Position numbers and translations under genes: made by a program
In this document: one piece after another, positions 24,247 to 37,109 of the stretch
Numbering within the stretch: the stretch's first letter is position 1
How the letters are laid out: every line of letters starts with the position of its first letter
The notes under the pieces: generated by a model
Database searches by the model: none
The model's input: the letters and a program-made list of their open reading frames with translations, nothing else
What the model was told of the DNA's origin: nothing
Assembly: GCA_043228905.1 (NCBI GenBank)
Contig: JBHGNT010000014.1
Coordinates: 15,748,001 to 15,812,000, forward strand
Direction of reading: 5' to 3'
Origin: Azolla caroliniana
Taxonomy: Eukaryota; Plantae; Polypodiophyta
Length of the DNA stretch: 64,000 nucleotides

Positions 24247-26430
24247 GGAGAGATAGATAGATAATCTATTATCGTCTTCGGAAGTCAAATATGACCTATG
24301 AGACCAGAGAGAGAGAGAGAGAGAGAGACTCTTCAATGACAATAATCTAAGGTTGAAGAAGAGTGGAAAATACACAACTCTGATCATGATGGACCGTGGC
24401 ATATCTTAAACATAGTTGGCATTCTAAATCGCCACTTGTAGAAAAGGTCTTCATTTGGACAGTTTTGATTGAGGTTTTGCCTTTGGGATTAGCTCTAAAG
24501 CAATGGGAAATGGCTTCTTTTGCACTGCTCAAATGGAAGATAATACTCATCATTTCATACAATGTCCGATTGCTTGTCACATTTGGAGTTACATTTCTCA
24601 AGTTTGGCAAGTTTTATCACAGTGTTATTTGACGCCTAAATAGTGGGTGTTTGCATAATTCACACATGTTCGACCGAAAATTAGAGATGAAGATTATCTT
24701 CCTATTTTTGAGTTATTGGGGATTGTGTCGTAATGGGGATATGCGGAATGCGTTTGTGTTTGATGGTAAGCATGGAGGCAAAGCATATCTACGAAAGTTG
24801 AAGGGACTATTAATGTGGCAATTTTCTATATTGGAGTAAGTGAGACTTTTTTCCTCAGTGGAGTGTGTTGAATACGGGTGTATAATGGTCGATGTATTCA
24901 CATTGTCCCATTTGGACATACTAGGTTAGGACATATTTACAATAAAGTCAAAGGGCAGTTGCCCTAGTTCAATTATTATATAGGTGACTTTGTAACCTAG
25001 TTCATGGAGTCGCCATTCATTGTATTGTAACGTTTGAATAATACAATTATAGTTCGTGCCTTTGTGTGTCTCTCTCTCACTCTGTCTTGATCTTGTATTC
25101 TGGTTAAGTTGTCCTGCAACTATCGGCTTTAATTTGTTCATCTTGTTTATCTATCATCAACTTGTTGTTCTTCAACATCTAAGTGTTGTTTCTGTTTTCG
25201 TAGTGACGGCCTCACCGCCAACATCTGGTATCAAAGTAGAGGTTCTTCAATTTGTTGTTAACTGTCACTTGTCTTCAACAACATCTTTGATCACACCCCT
25301 TGAGGACCTCAAGTTGATCTGACTCTTGGAACAAATTCTAAATTTCAGTCGGACTAAAATATTTTGATCGACAACCAACAAGATCACATCTTGAGAAGAG
25401 AAACTTGTAACTGATTCACACTTCATTGAGCTAGACCATTCTTCAAGTAGGCTAGACAGCTATACTTTCTTCTCGAGGTCGTAGTCACACGGAGTGGAAT
25501 TGTGATTTGATCGACACCATTTGTGCTCCAACTAGCTAGGCGATATTTGGGGAGACCAGTCAGTTTTGTCCCTCTACTCGATGTAGTCACTCGGAGCAGG
25601 ATCGAGATCTTGATTGGCACCACTTGCACTTAATCCATAATTGGCAATTCAATCAAAAAATCCATCTCAATTTCGACTAAGCAAAAACTAGAATAGACCA
25701 GTTGGCTCTACTCCGATTCGGCTGTAGTCACTTCGAGAGCCGACTAGCCGATTTAGTTTGTGTTTGACTTGACTAGAACAAATTCGAGTGAACCCGTTGG
25801 TTGCACCCTCTTAACATTCATAGTCATCTTCGGACAAAACTCCCAACCGGCACAAATCTAGAATGGCATCCATATCAGACTCATTAGAGACGAGCCTCAG
25901 AAAGTTCAATAGATCGAACTTCAACTTCTAGAAGGAGCAAATGCAAGATTATATGATAGTGAAGAGTCAGATTGACCCAATTGAGAGCGAAAATTCTCCA
26001 TAAGGATATACGCCGACTGAATGAACGAAGTTGGACCAAATTGTCCATGCCACCATTCGGATGCACTTATCCGAATCCGTCTACTACATGGTGTAGTCAT
26101 GTACGACAACTTTCAAACTATGGAAAACACTGTCGATCACTTACAAGAAGAAGATAGCCACCACCAAGATATATTTGATCCAATTCCTCTATAACCTTTG
26201 AATAAAAGAGTTTGATTCCATCCAACACACCTTAACGAGTACGAAAGTTTAAACTCCCAATGTTCGGCCCAAGGGATCACGTTGACGATGAGTTGAAAGC
26301 TATGTTGCTAATGAGTAGTCTCCCCCCCTTGTGGGAAACCTTCACCACTACCGTGTGCAATATGTCGGCTTTCGTAATGAAGTACTCTGAAGTCACAAGC
26401 TCAATTTTGACAGAAGTTCTCACAACAAAT

Positions 26431-26817
26431 TGTTGAGAATCAAGCTCAACTTGGTCTAGTGTGTGAACTCACCTTGAGAGTGAAGAGACACTCCAACGGT
26501 CAAGAGTCATCATTATGTCACCCCTTTGTATTCTAGCATTTAGTATGAGTCATAGAATCATATTCTATGACACATAACTTATGAGCTTTCACATTCCCCA
26601 TGCTCCATGAGTCTTGTAGTTAATGAAGAGAGAGGGTGACTATATAAAGCACCCTCCTCCCACCTTGTATAACGTTGAGTCTTTCTCCTTTGTCAATATA
26701 CTTTTACCTTGCGTATTCTCTATGTTTCACTCACTCACTCACTCACTCTCTCTCTTACACACACACATAACTCACATCTCTTCCGCTTCACAAGAATCCA
26801 TCTCTTGATTCTTTACA
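26431..26817 (+). mobile_element. Solo LTR nested in copia gag
   Basis: TGTTGAG...CTTTACA termini, perfect TSD CAAAT, TATATAAA at about 26641. Confidence 0.9.
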
Positions 26818-28344
26818 CAAATCAATTGTACATGATTCGGTAAGCGATGCCTACATAGTACAAGGTTCAGTTGACCAACCAAATAGTCGAGGAAGAAGTT
26901 CTTCTCGACATCCGAACAACGCAAGAAGCCGAAGCAAGTCTAGGGACAATCAAATATGCAACTATTGCAAAAAGTCGGGATACATTAAGGTCGATTGCTG
27001 TGCTCTCAAGTTCAACAACGACAAAGCTCAGAGATTAGAGCATAAGGGTAGCTAGCTGGAGGAGGTCAATTTTGTTGGCTCTTTAGCCGAAATCTTACAT
27101 ACCCCTTACATAATGACCTGGAAATTCTGTTCATCAAGAATTCAATCGAAGCGAAGTTTTGCACACAACCAAAGAATCCACAACGTGGCTTCTCGATTTG
27201 AGTGCGTCATACCATGTGACTCCTCACCAATCGTAGTTCCGGCAGTATTCGACTCGGCACTCCAACTCAGTCTGAGTCCAAAATTTGCAACATTCTGCGA
27301 TAATTAGCATCGACACATTAGAGCTTAACCTTCCGGGTGGCTCTACTCTTGTACTACACAATGTCTGACATGTACCTGAGCTCACCAAACTGTTGATATC
27401 AATCATACAATTGGCCAAAGACGACATCCATGCCAACTCCTGCTTGCCCGAGGGCCGAAGATTCATTCACGATACCCGCTATATGTCACTCTTAGAGAGG
27501 ATGACTTATTCCTGGTAGATATCCCTGTGTCATTACTATGGCACGACCAACTCAGACATCTCAGCAAGGCCTACATCACGCATCTATCTAGAGTCGACTA
27601 TATCCCCAAACTCTCCTTTTCTGATCATCAATTCTCCGAGCATTGTCAATATGGCAAGCAAGCTGCGACGTCACACCCTACAACCGCACTAAGAGAATCA
27701 ACTCTACTCGATTTGGTCCACTCGGACGTCCGATGCTACATCAGTCTCTCAATGGTGCCTCCTACTTCGTCATGTTCATTGACCACTCAACGAGGAAGGT
27801 GTGGGCATATCCGGTCCGAACCAAGGATCGCATGTTCACGATCTTTCGAGAATGGCTAACAATGGTGGAGAATCAAACCGGCCGAAAGTTGAAATGCTTG
27901 CAGTCCGAAAATGGAGGAAAGTATAAATATGAAGAGTTTGTCAGATTGTGCTGACAACGCAAGATTCGATGAGAATATACGACACCTCAAAGTCTGGGGC
28001 AGAATGGTATCATAGAGCGAATGAATCAGACAATACTTCGGACTGCCAGATGGTTTTTGGGCGGAGGCTCTACTCACAACAACGCACATAATCAACATGT
28101 TGCCAAGTAAACCCAAAGTGGATCGGCTATTGGAGAGATGATCGTCAAAGATGACCCGACGAGTCCAACCGTCCCACGCAGATCCGAATGACTATCTCAG
28201 CCACCAAAGAGATACTCACCTGGACTCTTCTTCACGGAGCCAATGTGATTCAAAGAAGCATAGGCATGTGCCGATTCGGCCACTCGGTATCTACTCGGTA
28301 TCTAGCTATGGAGTCTGAAATTGAGTCCATTCGACACAACAAGA

Positions 28345-28866
28345 TGTTAGGCTCGTGACTGGCCACAACCAGTTTCACTTTGAATATTCGGGTGCAAAGA
28401 TCAAGAAGGATAACGCACAGACCGAAAACGACAAAAAAACAGAGACAATATTTCACGTAGAAAACCCGAAAGGGAAAACCACGGGAGTCCTTGAACTCTG
28501 AACTAGATCACTATAAGGGGAGGAGTACAACGAGAGGCTCCAAGGCAACAACCTTGAGCTCTCCATCGTCAGACAGACGACTGTAGAGTTACTCACTCTC
28601 ACTCACTCTCTCTCACTCATAGTTATAGAGGCAACTATCTTTTGTGAAACTATACAACAACATTCACTAACTGACTCACACACAAATAAAGTTTGCCCTA
28701 GTTATATTTATACAACTTTATGGCTATTTACAGATATTGCCCACATGGGGCACATTCAGATTATTTACAAATATAGTCTCCCAAATCGGTTTTATAATCG
28801 AATCTCGATTTCATCTTATTCGGCTTGTACTCTTCTTCCCATCCGGAGGAACCTATTTTCCAAACA
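28345..28866 (-). mobile_element. Solo LTR nested in copia RT; same family as the 5' LTR at 45284
   Basis: TGTTAG...CAAACA termini with perfect TSD CAAGA. The host reading RHNK-T*DLVEL resumes across it. The reverse complement shares CCTCCGGATGGGAAG and GAGTTCAAGGACTCCCGTG with 45284-45850. Confidence 0.9.
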
Positions 28867-30533
28867 CAAGACCTGAGACTTAGTTGAACTACTGGCAAAT
28901 CAATGTGCTCTCCCAATGCAAATGGATTTATATGGAATAGTTTAAAGGCTTCATCGAACCCGGCCAAGAACTTCTAGTCTGCTGACTCAAGAAGAGTCTT
29001 TACGACCTGAAGTAGGCCCCAAAGTAGTGATATAAGAAGTTCGACGATTTTATACAATCGGTCAACTTCTTCAAGAGCGATGAGGACCACTGTCTTTTCT
29101 CAAAAACAACTAAAGATGGATCACCCATATTCCTCATCCTCTACATGGAGGACATACTTCTCTCCGACCAACATGCAGAGAGCTTGCCGACCTCATTCAA
29201 CAACTGCAGTTGAAGTTTGCCATGAAGAACCTAGGTCTGACAAGATAGATTCTGGGTATGAAAATCAGCCGACTCCGGAATCAACGACAAATATTCTTGT
29301 CTCAACCTGACCACATCAACCGTGTCTTGGAACTCTTCAACATGGAATCGGCCAAATCAGCTTCGACCCCATTCCCCATTACCCTTCGACTGTCTCAGCA
29401 AGATAGTCTGACATCTGGACCGACTGGGGAAGCTATGAAGTCGGTACCATATGCATTGGCAATCGGCTCCTTGATGTACTCGATGGTTGCAACACGGCCG
29501 AACATAGCTCACATCGTAGGAGTCGTCAACAGATTTATGCACAACCCTGACCAACAGCATTTGGAACCCAGTTCAACATGTATTCATATACTTGGTGGGC
29601 ACACAAGACCTTGGCATCCTCTTCAGTGCAAACAAGATCTCAAGCATTGTTGACTACACCGACTCAGACTTTGCCAACTGCCTAGACAATTGAAAGTCGA
29701 CGACCTGATATGTATTCAAATTCGACAATGGAGCGATCTCATGGAAGTTGAAACTTCAGGAATGCACAACCACTTCAACGATCAAATTTGAATACGTAGC
29801 CACGTCCGACACGGCGAAAGAAGTTGTATGGCTCGGTTGGTTAGCATGCACGTTTTGACAATCTGACTCCAATTCGGCTCTATTTGTCTACAACGCCCAC
29901 AATGTTGTCGCCTTGTCAAAGAACCTAGTCCACCATAACTCCTCGAAGCACATCGATGTTCGATATCACTTTGTTCGGGATTGTGTAACTACAGATAAGC
30001 TCGACCTCGAGAAGATCTTTGCTATTGACAACGTAGCAGACGGGATGACCAAGTGTCTTTCGGTTGACTGATTCCAGTCACTAAGGCACCAAATGGGCTT
30101 AAGGAGAAACCAATCCGATTGAGTCAAACACAGAGATGGTCGCAGACAATCGGTTTCAGACACTTTAGACAATCTTATTCAATTTGGCTTTAGTCTTTTG
30201 GACTAGCCGATTTGGCTTTCGTTATTTAGCCTTTGCCGATTCGGCAACCAGCCGAATTGTCTTAAACATCTCTTTGTATAAATCTGTAGATTGTTTATTC
30301 TTTTATTATAGATTTTTGTTGTATACACCCATTACAAGGGAGTATCGAATACAGGTGTATAATGTTTGTATTCACATTATCCCATTTGGACATACTAGGT
30401 TAGGATATATTTACAATAAAGCCAAAGGGCAGTTGCCCTAGTTCAATTATTATATAACTGACTTTGTAACCTAGTTCATAGAGTTGCCATTCATTGTATT
30501 GTAACGTTTGAATAATACAGTTTCAGTTCGTAC

Positions 30534-30567
<34 letters not shown>

Positions 30568-30682
30568 CTCTCACGCTGTCTTGATCTTGTATTCTAGTTA
30601 AGTTTTCTTGCGATTCTCGGTTTTAATTTGTTCATCTTGTTAATCTATCATCAACTTGTTGTTCTTCAACACCTAAGTGTTG

Positions 30683-31134
30683 TGTTAAAGATTAGGTAAT
30701 TAATTAAGGAATAATTATTACCTGTTAAAGATTAGGTTAAGCGATTACGTAGCGGAAGATTAAGTGATATGTGCGTGTATGTGTGCGTGAGAGGAAGAGA
30801 GAGAGAAGTACACTTATGAACACCAAAACAAGATGGGGGATGATAAAGTATATTAAAAGGTAAATATCATCATCTATCATCAAATACAAAAATACCTTCA
30901 ATGAGGTATATACATAGGTTTCATGTGCAAGGGTGCACATGTGCTAGGAGAATATAGGTACAACGTGTAAGTCCTATATTAAATGAGCATGGAGTGGTAG
31001 ATCTACAATGTATCTCACTCAAGTACAAAATCCTATTTAAGGCTTTATGGTCAACACACTAACTAGATTCTATCTAGGTAACTACTAAGTTACATGTGTT
31101 GACTAACTAAACTAAGTTGAGCTTGATCTCTCAA
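30683..31134 (-). mobile_element. LTR-like insertion within the copia 3' LTR
   Basis: It interrupts the alignment of the 3' LTR with the 5' LTR. It begins TGTTAAAGATTAGG (repeated at 30723) and ends AAGTTGAGCTTGATCTCTCAA, like the 23838/26431 family end. The right end and TSD are damaged. Confidence 0.7.
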
Positions 31135-31754
31135 TTGTTTATGTGTCTGCACTAACGGCCTCACCCCCAACAGAGTGTTCGTTTGCCTATTGGCAATTCA
31201 ACATATATCCACAACCCATGTAGTTAGTGGGTGACAATACTCCGTTATGACACCCATTGTAAGTAGTGTTTTTCACACACATTTATTAATATAATTGTGT
31301 GGTTTTCACCAAAGAGAGAGAGAGAGAGAGAGAGACAAACATGCACTCGAGCTATGTGGGTAGATTGAGGAAGAACCCCTACAAATGGTTTATCGTTACA
31401 TCTTTATAGTTCAACCTTATTGAACATTATTACAAATTTAGAGGTTTATAATTAGTACCTTTATACCCAATTACAATGTTTAAGCCATTCTCTCTGTTGT
31501 CATGCATCTCCGGGAGGTGTTCAACGTATCCTTGAACTATATAGCACAGGATGTGAGACATCCAACATATACATACCTAACAAAAAAACATTGAGGATTC
31601 CTTCTTCCTCTTTTGTGAACACATTGGTTGGTCTCTTCTCTAATTTTAGGGGCAATTTGGGAGATAAACAAAACGGAGGGGTATGTGGAGAATAAACCAA
31701 AAGTAGAGTCCCTCACAAATACAACACAACACACACACACATACACGTTCATGA

Positions 31755-31797
<43 letters not shown>

Positions 31798-31871
31798 CTG
31801 TTTCCTCTCTCTCTGTTTATCTGTGTGTTGCTCTATTCCTCCGTCTCTGTCGAGCGCACTCACACAGAGCT

Positions 31872-31951
31872 ATGTCGAGCACTACTGGCGACAGCACAGC
31901 CCCCTTATTCGGTTTCCTTGGTGCCGCTGCAGCTCTCGTCTTCTCATGTAA

Positions 31952-32006
<55 letters not shown>

Positions 32007-35000
32007 AATCCTTTTTTCTCATTCTCACGTTATGGATCCAGAGAATATCTTTATCTGTTGCTTTAATTCTCTCCATAGGACTGTATCTTTGTCACAGAGT
32101 AATGAAATGATCAAACATGTTCGATACCGTTGATTCGTGTCTTGTTATGCGTCGGTTTGATCTCGAAGGCTACAAACAAATTTATTTTTGCAGTTTTCTT
32201 CTTCTTCTTCTTCTTCTTCTTCTTCTTCTTCCATGCTCAATGATTCGATGTCATGCTCTCAGTAATATTATCCATCGCTTCTTGTTTCATTTCAGCACTT
32301 TATCATAGATTTATTTGCAAATTCATGTCAATGGCTTGTTGCATCTTTTCTTTTTCCACGTTTGCAATTATGATTGCCTCGATTCTTGTGTTTTTAACAT
32401 TTTATTGTCTATTTGGCAGAAAATTCTTATAAATTATCTTTTGCGTTTCTCCTTTTCTTCGATTTTTCAAATATGGCTTTTCTGCACAATGATTTGCATA
32501 ATCACTGAACGTAATGGATGTCTCTTGGAAGTATTCTGAGAAATTCAGAAAGAGAAAACCTGTAGATGTCAAGGTACAAGTCCAATAACCATTTTTGGTT
32601 GTGCAAATATTCTGTGCAGGTGAAGAAATAGTAACCATGTAAGAAAACAAGAAATAATGCTAGAAATTTGAAAATTTATGGCTTTTCACGGTCTATGAAT
32701 CACCTCTTCATGGTATTGTAAAGAAAGGGCCCATATGATAGAACAAAAGGATCAGAATAATATATATAATTGAATTCGAATTGGTCTTGAAAAATATGTA
32801 ATAAAATGATTTAATATCAAATGAATGGTGGTCAATTTTAGAACAACAATGCTATTTGACTCCACAAATGAATATATGGTCTCACGAAGAGGGGTGTCTA
32901 ATCATTCGGGAGATGCAAAATTTCTTTTTCTTTGAGTTCATGGTTATGATCCCCAAACATGTCTTATCAGGATAGTCATTGATGGAGAGGACAAAACAAA
33001 AGGTTTAAAGCCTTTCTTGAAACAGCTGTGGATCTGTCCTCAGATCTCATAAATGTGAGTGCTAAATGGGTGATGCATATAGTTATGCGTGCTTTCATTC
33101 ATTGACCATAGTACAAAAATGATGTTTGACTATATGAAAACATTATGGCCAAAAACAACAATTTCCTGCACAGGTAAATGTTATTTCTAGCGAGCGCTAC
33201 TCAAAATTTGTTTTTCTTAACAGAGCTTAGCCTGAAATCTGCATGTCCTTATCACATTTCAATTGCTTCTTTATCAGCCCTGTGCATGACCTCGAGTCAT
33301 TGTCATATTTCCTTCATCTTGGCTTTTCCCTCAATGTTCATCTTGAGCCTAATGACATGTAACAACTTTTGGCTTGCAATTTCCTTCACATTTGCATCTT
33401 TTGCGTCAATTGTTTCTTCCAACCATGCCTAAATATTACTATTGCAGACTTATTCTGTGGTTCAGCATGTACTTGAGTCTTGTGGTTCAATTTTATATTC
33501 TCTGTAAATATATTGTTGTTTGATGGTATGAAGCACACAGGTTTCTTCTTTTTTTTATCTCAACAGTGAGTTTCATCACCTTTTAATTACAAGGTGTGAA
33601 TTGCATATTTGACCATGCTTAGTATTTGCAGTGCTGATGTCTTCACTACTGTCATTGTGAGTTTCAAATATGTATATGATCCGTCTCATTTTGAACTCTT
33701 CTAATTTCCTTACTGTACAAAGGAACTAGTAACAGGCATAACCCATTAAGAAACTTGAGGGCTAGTTGACTTTAAGCTAGCAGAGAACTTTCTTACCCTC
33801 AACATCTACCAAGAGGATGGGAATGGCACTCTTGAGAATCTGTTAGAAATATTGAGAATCGATTAGGTAGATATATAGAGTTACACTCATAAAAAAAAAC
33901 TTTCTATTACATATGAGAGTAGCTCACAATGGTAGTCCACCCAAGTTCTCACACCTTAGAGCTTAGATGGGACATGGACTAGTCGACTACAAAATTAGTG
34001 GGGACAAATAATAGTCACAGCCACTTTGTAAGAGAGAGATAGAGAAAGAAAGAAAGAAAGAAAGATATATTAACGTCTTTTAAGAGGCCAAAATGGCCTA
34101 TAAGACCAAACAAGAGATTACATCCTAAGTGTTGTCTCGTCTTTGAGAACAACAAATCAAAATAAAATAAATATTACTAAGTAAATATAAAAGTAAATAT
34201 GATAAAAAGAGACTAAAGAATCTGGTTTTCAGCACATCTGATATTCTCAAGTGAGATATATTTTAACTTTTGTCTTCAAAAGATCTCTAGCATAGGTTGA
34301 TCCTGAATGGAGAGGTCTCCGAAGCGAAGGAAGCACCTGCGATGGTGGGAGATAAGGGTTTTTATCTGTCAATGACAAGGGCGCTGAGGTCGTGGTCCGT
34401 GGGGCCAGAGCCTATGTGCACGACAAATTGCTATTGCCCGATCTATTGTAACCCCTTTATTATGTCTTGGTCGCAAGCCCATATGTGTATCCCTTGATTG
34501 ACTTGTAGCATTAGTAGGAGTGATGGTGCTAAAGAAAGTTCTGATTGTTCTTTGTGGATGAGCTTGTGTGGCTGTACTATTGTCCTTCAACAACTTTTCC
34601 CTAGGTCTCTTGAGTTCTAGCAAGAAAAGTCCTTGGCACGGTTGGTTCTTATATTCCATTACTTTGTGTAGTAGGCCAAAGCCTTGTTTAAAGAGGCAAT
34701 GGTATCTCCCTCTTATTTCATAAAAGACACTACGGTGACAAACATAGTCTTCTTCAGATTCCACTCCTTGATGAGAGAGAGAGTGGATATGTATATTCTC
34801 TTTTCGGTCTCAGTGTCACATTAAGTGTGCAAGTCAGTTGACAACAATGGGGATATTGCTTTTCTGTCAACTGACTTGTCATTCAATATGAACCAACTCC
34901 CTAGATACGAGCTAGTGCTAGATAGTACTCATCTTAAAGTCAATAGCACATACTTCAAGACTAAGTACATCTTACTTACCCACAAAGAATATTCTTCCAG

Positions 35001-37109
35001 TCAACTTGACTAGTCAATCCTATTACCCTACTTCCCTCTTTCCTAAATACATTTTGTCCTATTCATCTATGGTTTCCTACATTTACACATTATCAACCCA
35101 TGTGGTCGGGTTGCACAATAGTTACTCCTCATTTGGGATGCTATCACAAAATGTGCACTCTAAGAATACATGTAGGGATAAATTGATAACTTGGGTTGAT
35201 AATTGATTATATCCAACAGAATGGACTGTAACTTAGCGTGGCACTCCATATTCAAGAAGAGGAAGAATTATTTTAAAACAACAGAGAATTATGGTTTACT
35301 CTCCCTTTTATTCTATATATTCTCTCTTTTAGATTCTGTACAATTGAGCCATTTGGCAACTTATATATGCCACATGGCGGGTCACTATTCTGCTGTTCAG
35401 CTTCAATGGCCAAGAGATTGGGGCGCCTGACTAGCAGTCATTCCCATTCTAATCTAGTGCTGTGGCATATTTAAGCATTTTTACTTTTCTTATTTTATAC
35501 ATTGTAGCCTTCTAACCATTTCACACCTGCCGCTTTGTCTCAACCTACCTAAAGCTCTCTCATAACCGAAAAGATATCCTTTTTTATCATATGATCTATT
35601 TTCACTATACTTAATCCTATTCAATTCGAAATCCCGTTGGGGTATTTTATTCTGACTTTGGTAAAGGAGGATTATATTATACAAATTATTGAATTCGGAT
35701 AATACTCTTATTGATTCGTAAGTACCACTTTGCATGAAACTGAGGCGTGGCCAACATGCAATGTGACACACACAAGAACATCAATACAAAATTGGATCTA
35801 TATTTTTGTATCTTGTTGACTCTAGTTTCAACTTCAAGCCTTTATGTATCTGCAATGAAGTTCCTAAGCTTCACATTTTGTGTGTTGATGGTTTAATATT
35901 ATGATTTAAATACCAATAAATATATTTCTTCACTTGGATTTTTCATACATCAATCAAAATGACCGTCATTTGTATAGTAAACTTTGAAAAATATTCACAA
36001 TTTGGGAGATTCAAGTGAAATTGTAGCCATAAATAGAAATGCCATGTAGATATTTCATGCCACATGTAGTCCATATAGTAGAAATATGATGAATGGCAGG
36101 TAGATATTTGATTCCTGATTTAGGAGAGTCATGTTAAAACTGTAGCACATAACTAATAATGTCAGGTAGATAATTGATGCCACATGTACTCCATAGAGTA
36201 GAAAGTGATAAATGTTGAATGCATATTTAAAACATGACCTTGGTTTTTTCATCAAGGAATGGTCAGCCTGAGACTGTGTGCAGCCTAGAGTAGCAGAGTG
36301 GTATCTCCATGGTTTTACATTTTTAATAATATTATTTTGTATTTTTAATCATTTGATATATTACTAAATTTCTCTCTTTAATTCCGAATCAACTAGGAAA
36401 TTGTTTCAATTTTTTATTTACTTAGTAAGGTTTATTTTGGTTTGTTCTCAACTTATAGGCCATTTGGCCTTCTAAAAGGCGTATATGTATATATATATAT
36501 ATCTTTCTTTCTACTATGACGTGGTTCCTATTTCCAACGAACTACATATTACTACAAATTATGATTGGAATTAATGGCACTATGGCTGGATTTTTTAATG
36601 CGATAGGCATAGGTGCAGCATATGGAACTGCCAAAAGTGGTGTCGGTGTGGCATCCATGGGGGTAGTGAAGCCTGATCTAGTGATGAAATCAATTGTGCC
36701 AGTGGTAATGGCTGGTGTTCTCGGTATATATGGCCTGATTATAGCTGTGATTATCAGTACTGGAATAAACCCTTCAAGTACGGCATACTATTTATTTGAT
36801 GGTTATGCACATTTGGCATCTGGCCTTTCTTGTGGTCTAGCTGGTCTTGCTGCTGGTCTGGCCATCGGTATTGTTGGTGATGCAGGTGTCAGGTTAGGCC
36901 TATCCCGTTATATTATTTATATGTTTTAGTTTTGCTCCCTTTAGTAACCGATACATAAATGTTACCTTCTCTTTTGCAGGGCAAATGCACAACAACCTAA
37001 GCTTTTTGTTGGGATGATACTGATACTCATTTTTGCTGAGGCACTTGCATTGTATGGCCTCATTGTGGGCATTATTCTTGCTTCTCGAGCTGGCCAATCA
37101 AGAGAATGA
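31872..37109 (+). CDS. VHA-c: V-type H+-ATPase 16 kDa proteolipid subunit c, 163 aa, 3 exons
   Basis: Exons 31872-31947, 36607-36892 and 36980-37109 (76+286+130 nt, GT-AG). Protein [44 protein letters not shown]...[51 protein letters not shown]. The proton-binding Glu is retained. Confidence 0.96.
34045..34773 (-). mobile_element. 5'-truncated LINE family B copy in VHA-c intron 1
   Basis: [25 protein letters not shown] is nearly identical to the ORF at the right window edge. It has the 3' stem-loop GTCTTATAGGCCATTTTGGCCTCTTAAAAGAC and a (TTTC)n tail, with CT repeats on both flanks. Confidence 0.9.
36430..36510 (+). mobile_element. Short decayed LINE family B 3' tail
   Basis: CTTATAGGCCATTTGGCCTTCTAAAAGGCG...ATATCTTTCTTT resembles the family B terminus. 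Confidence 0.6.

Larger units (their letters stand above)
24866..31172 (+). mobile_element. Two-LTR Ty1/copia retrotransposon, decayed, with three nested LTR insertions
   Basis: 5' LTR 24866-25223, tRNA-iMet-type PBS TGGTATCAAAG at 25226, and gag, integrase (LDLVHSDV, YFVMFIDHSTRKVWAY), RT (VPYALAIGSLMY) and RNase H (SKHIDVRYHFVRD) remnants. PPT AAGGGAG, 3' LTR 30343-31172, and perfect TSD GAGTG on both sides. Confidence 0.92.

Noticed and set aside
23838-26817. Long terminal inverted repeats of a DNA transposon or foldback element
   Set aside because: Each arm has TG...CA ends and its own different TSD (GGAGA, CAAAT), so they are independent solo LTRs.
36516-36606. Alternative N-terminus of VHA-c from ORF 36516..36929
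   Set aside because: This is read-through intron sequence. The canonical exon 1 at 31872-31947 splices in phase to 36607.
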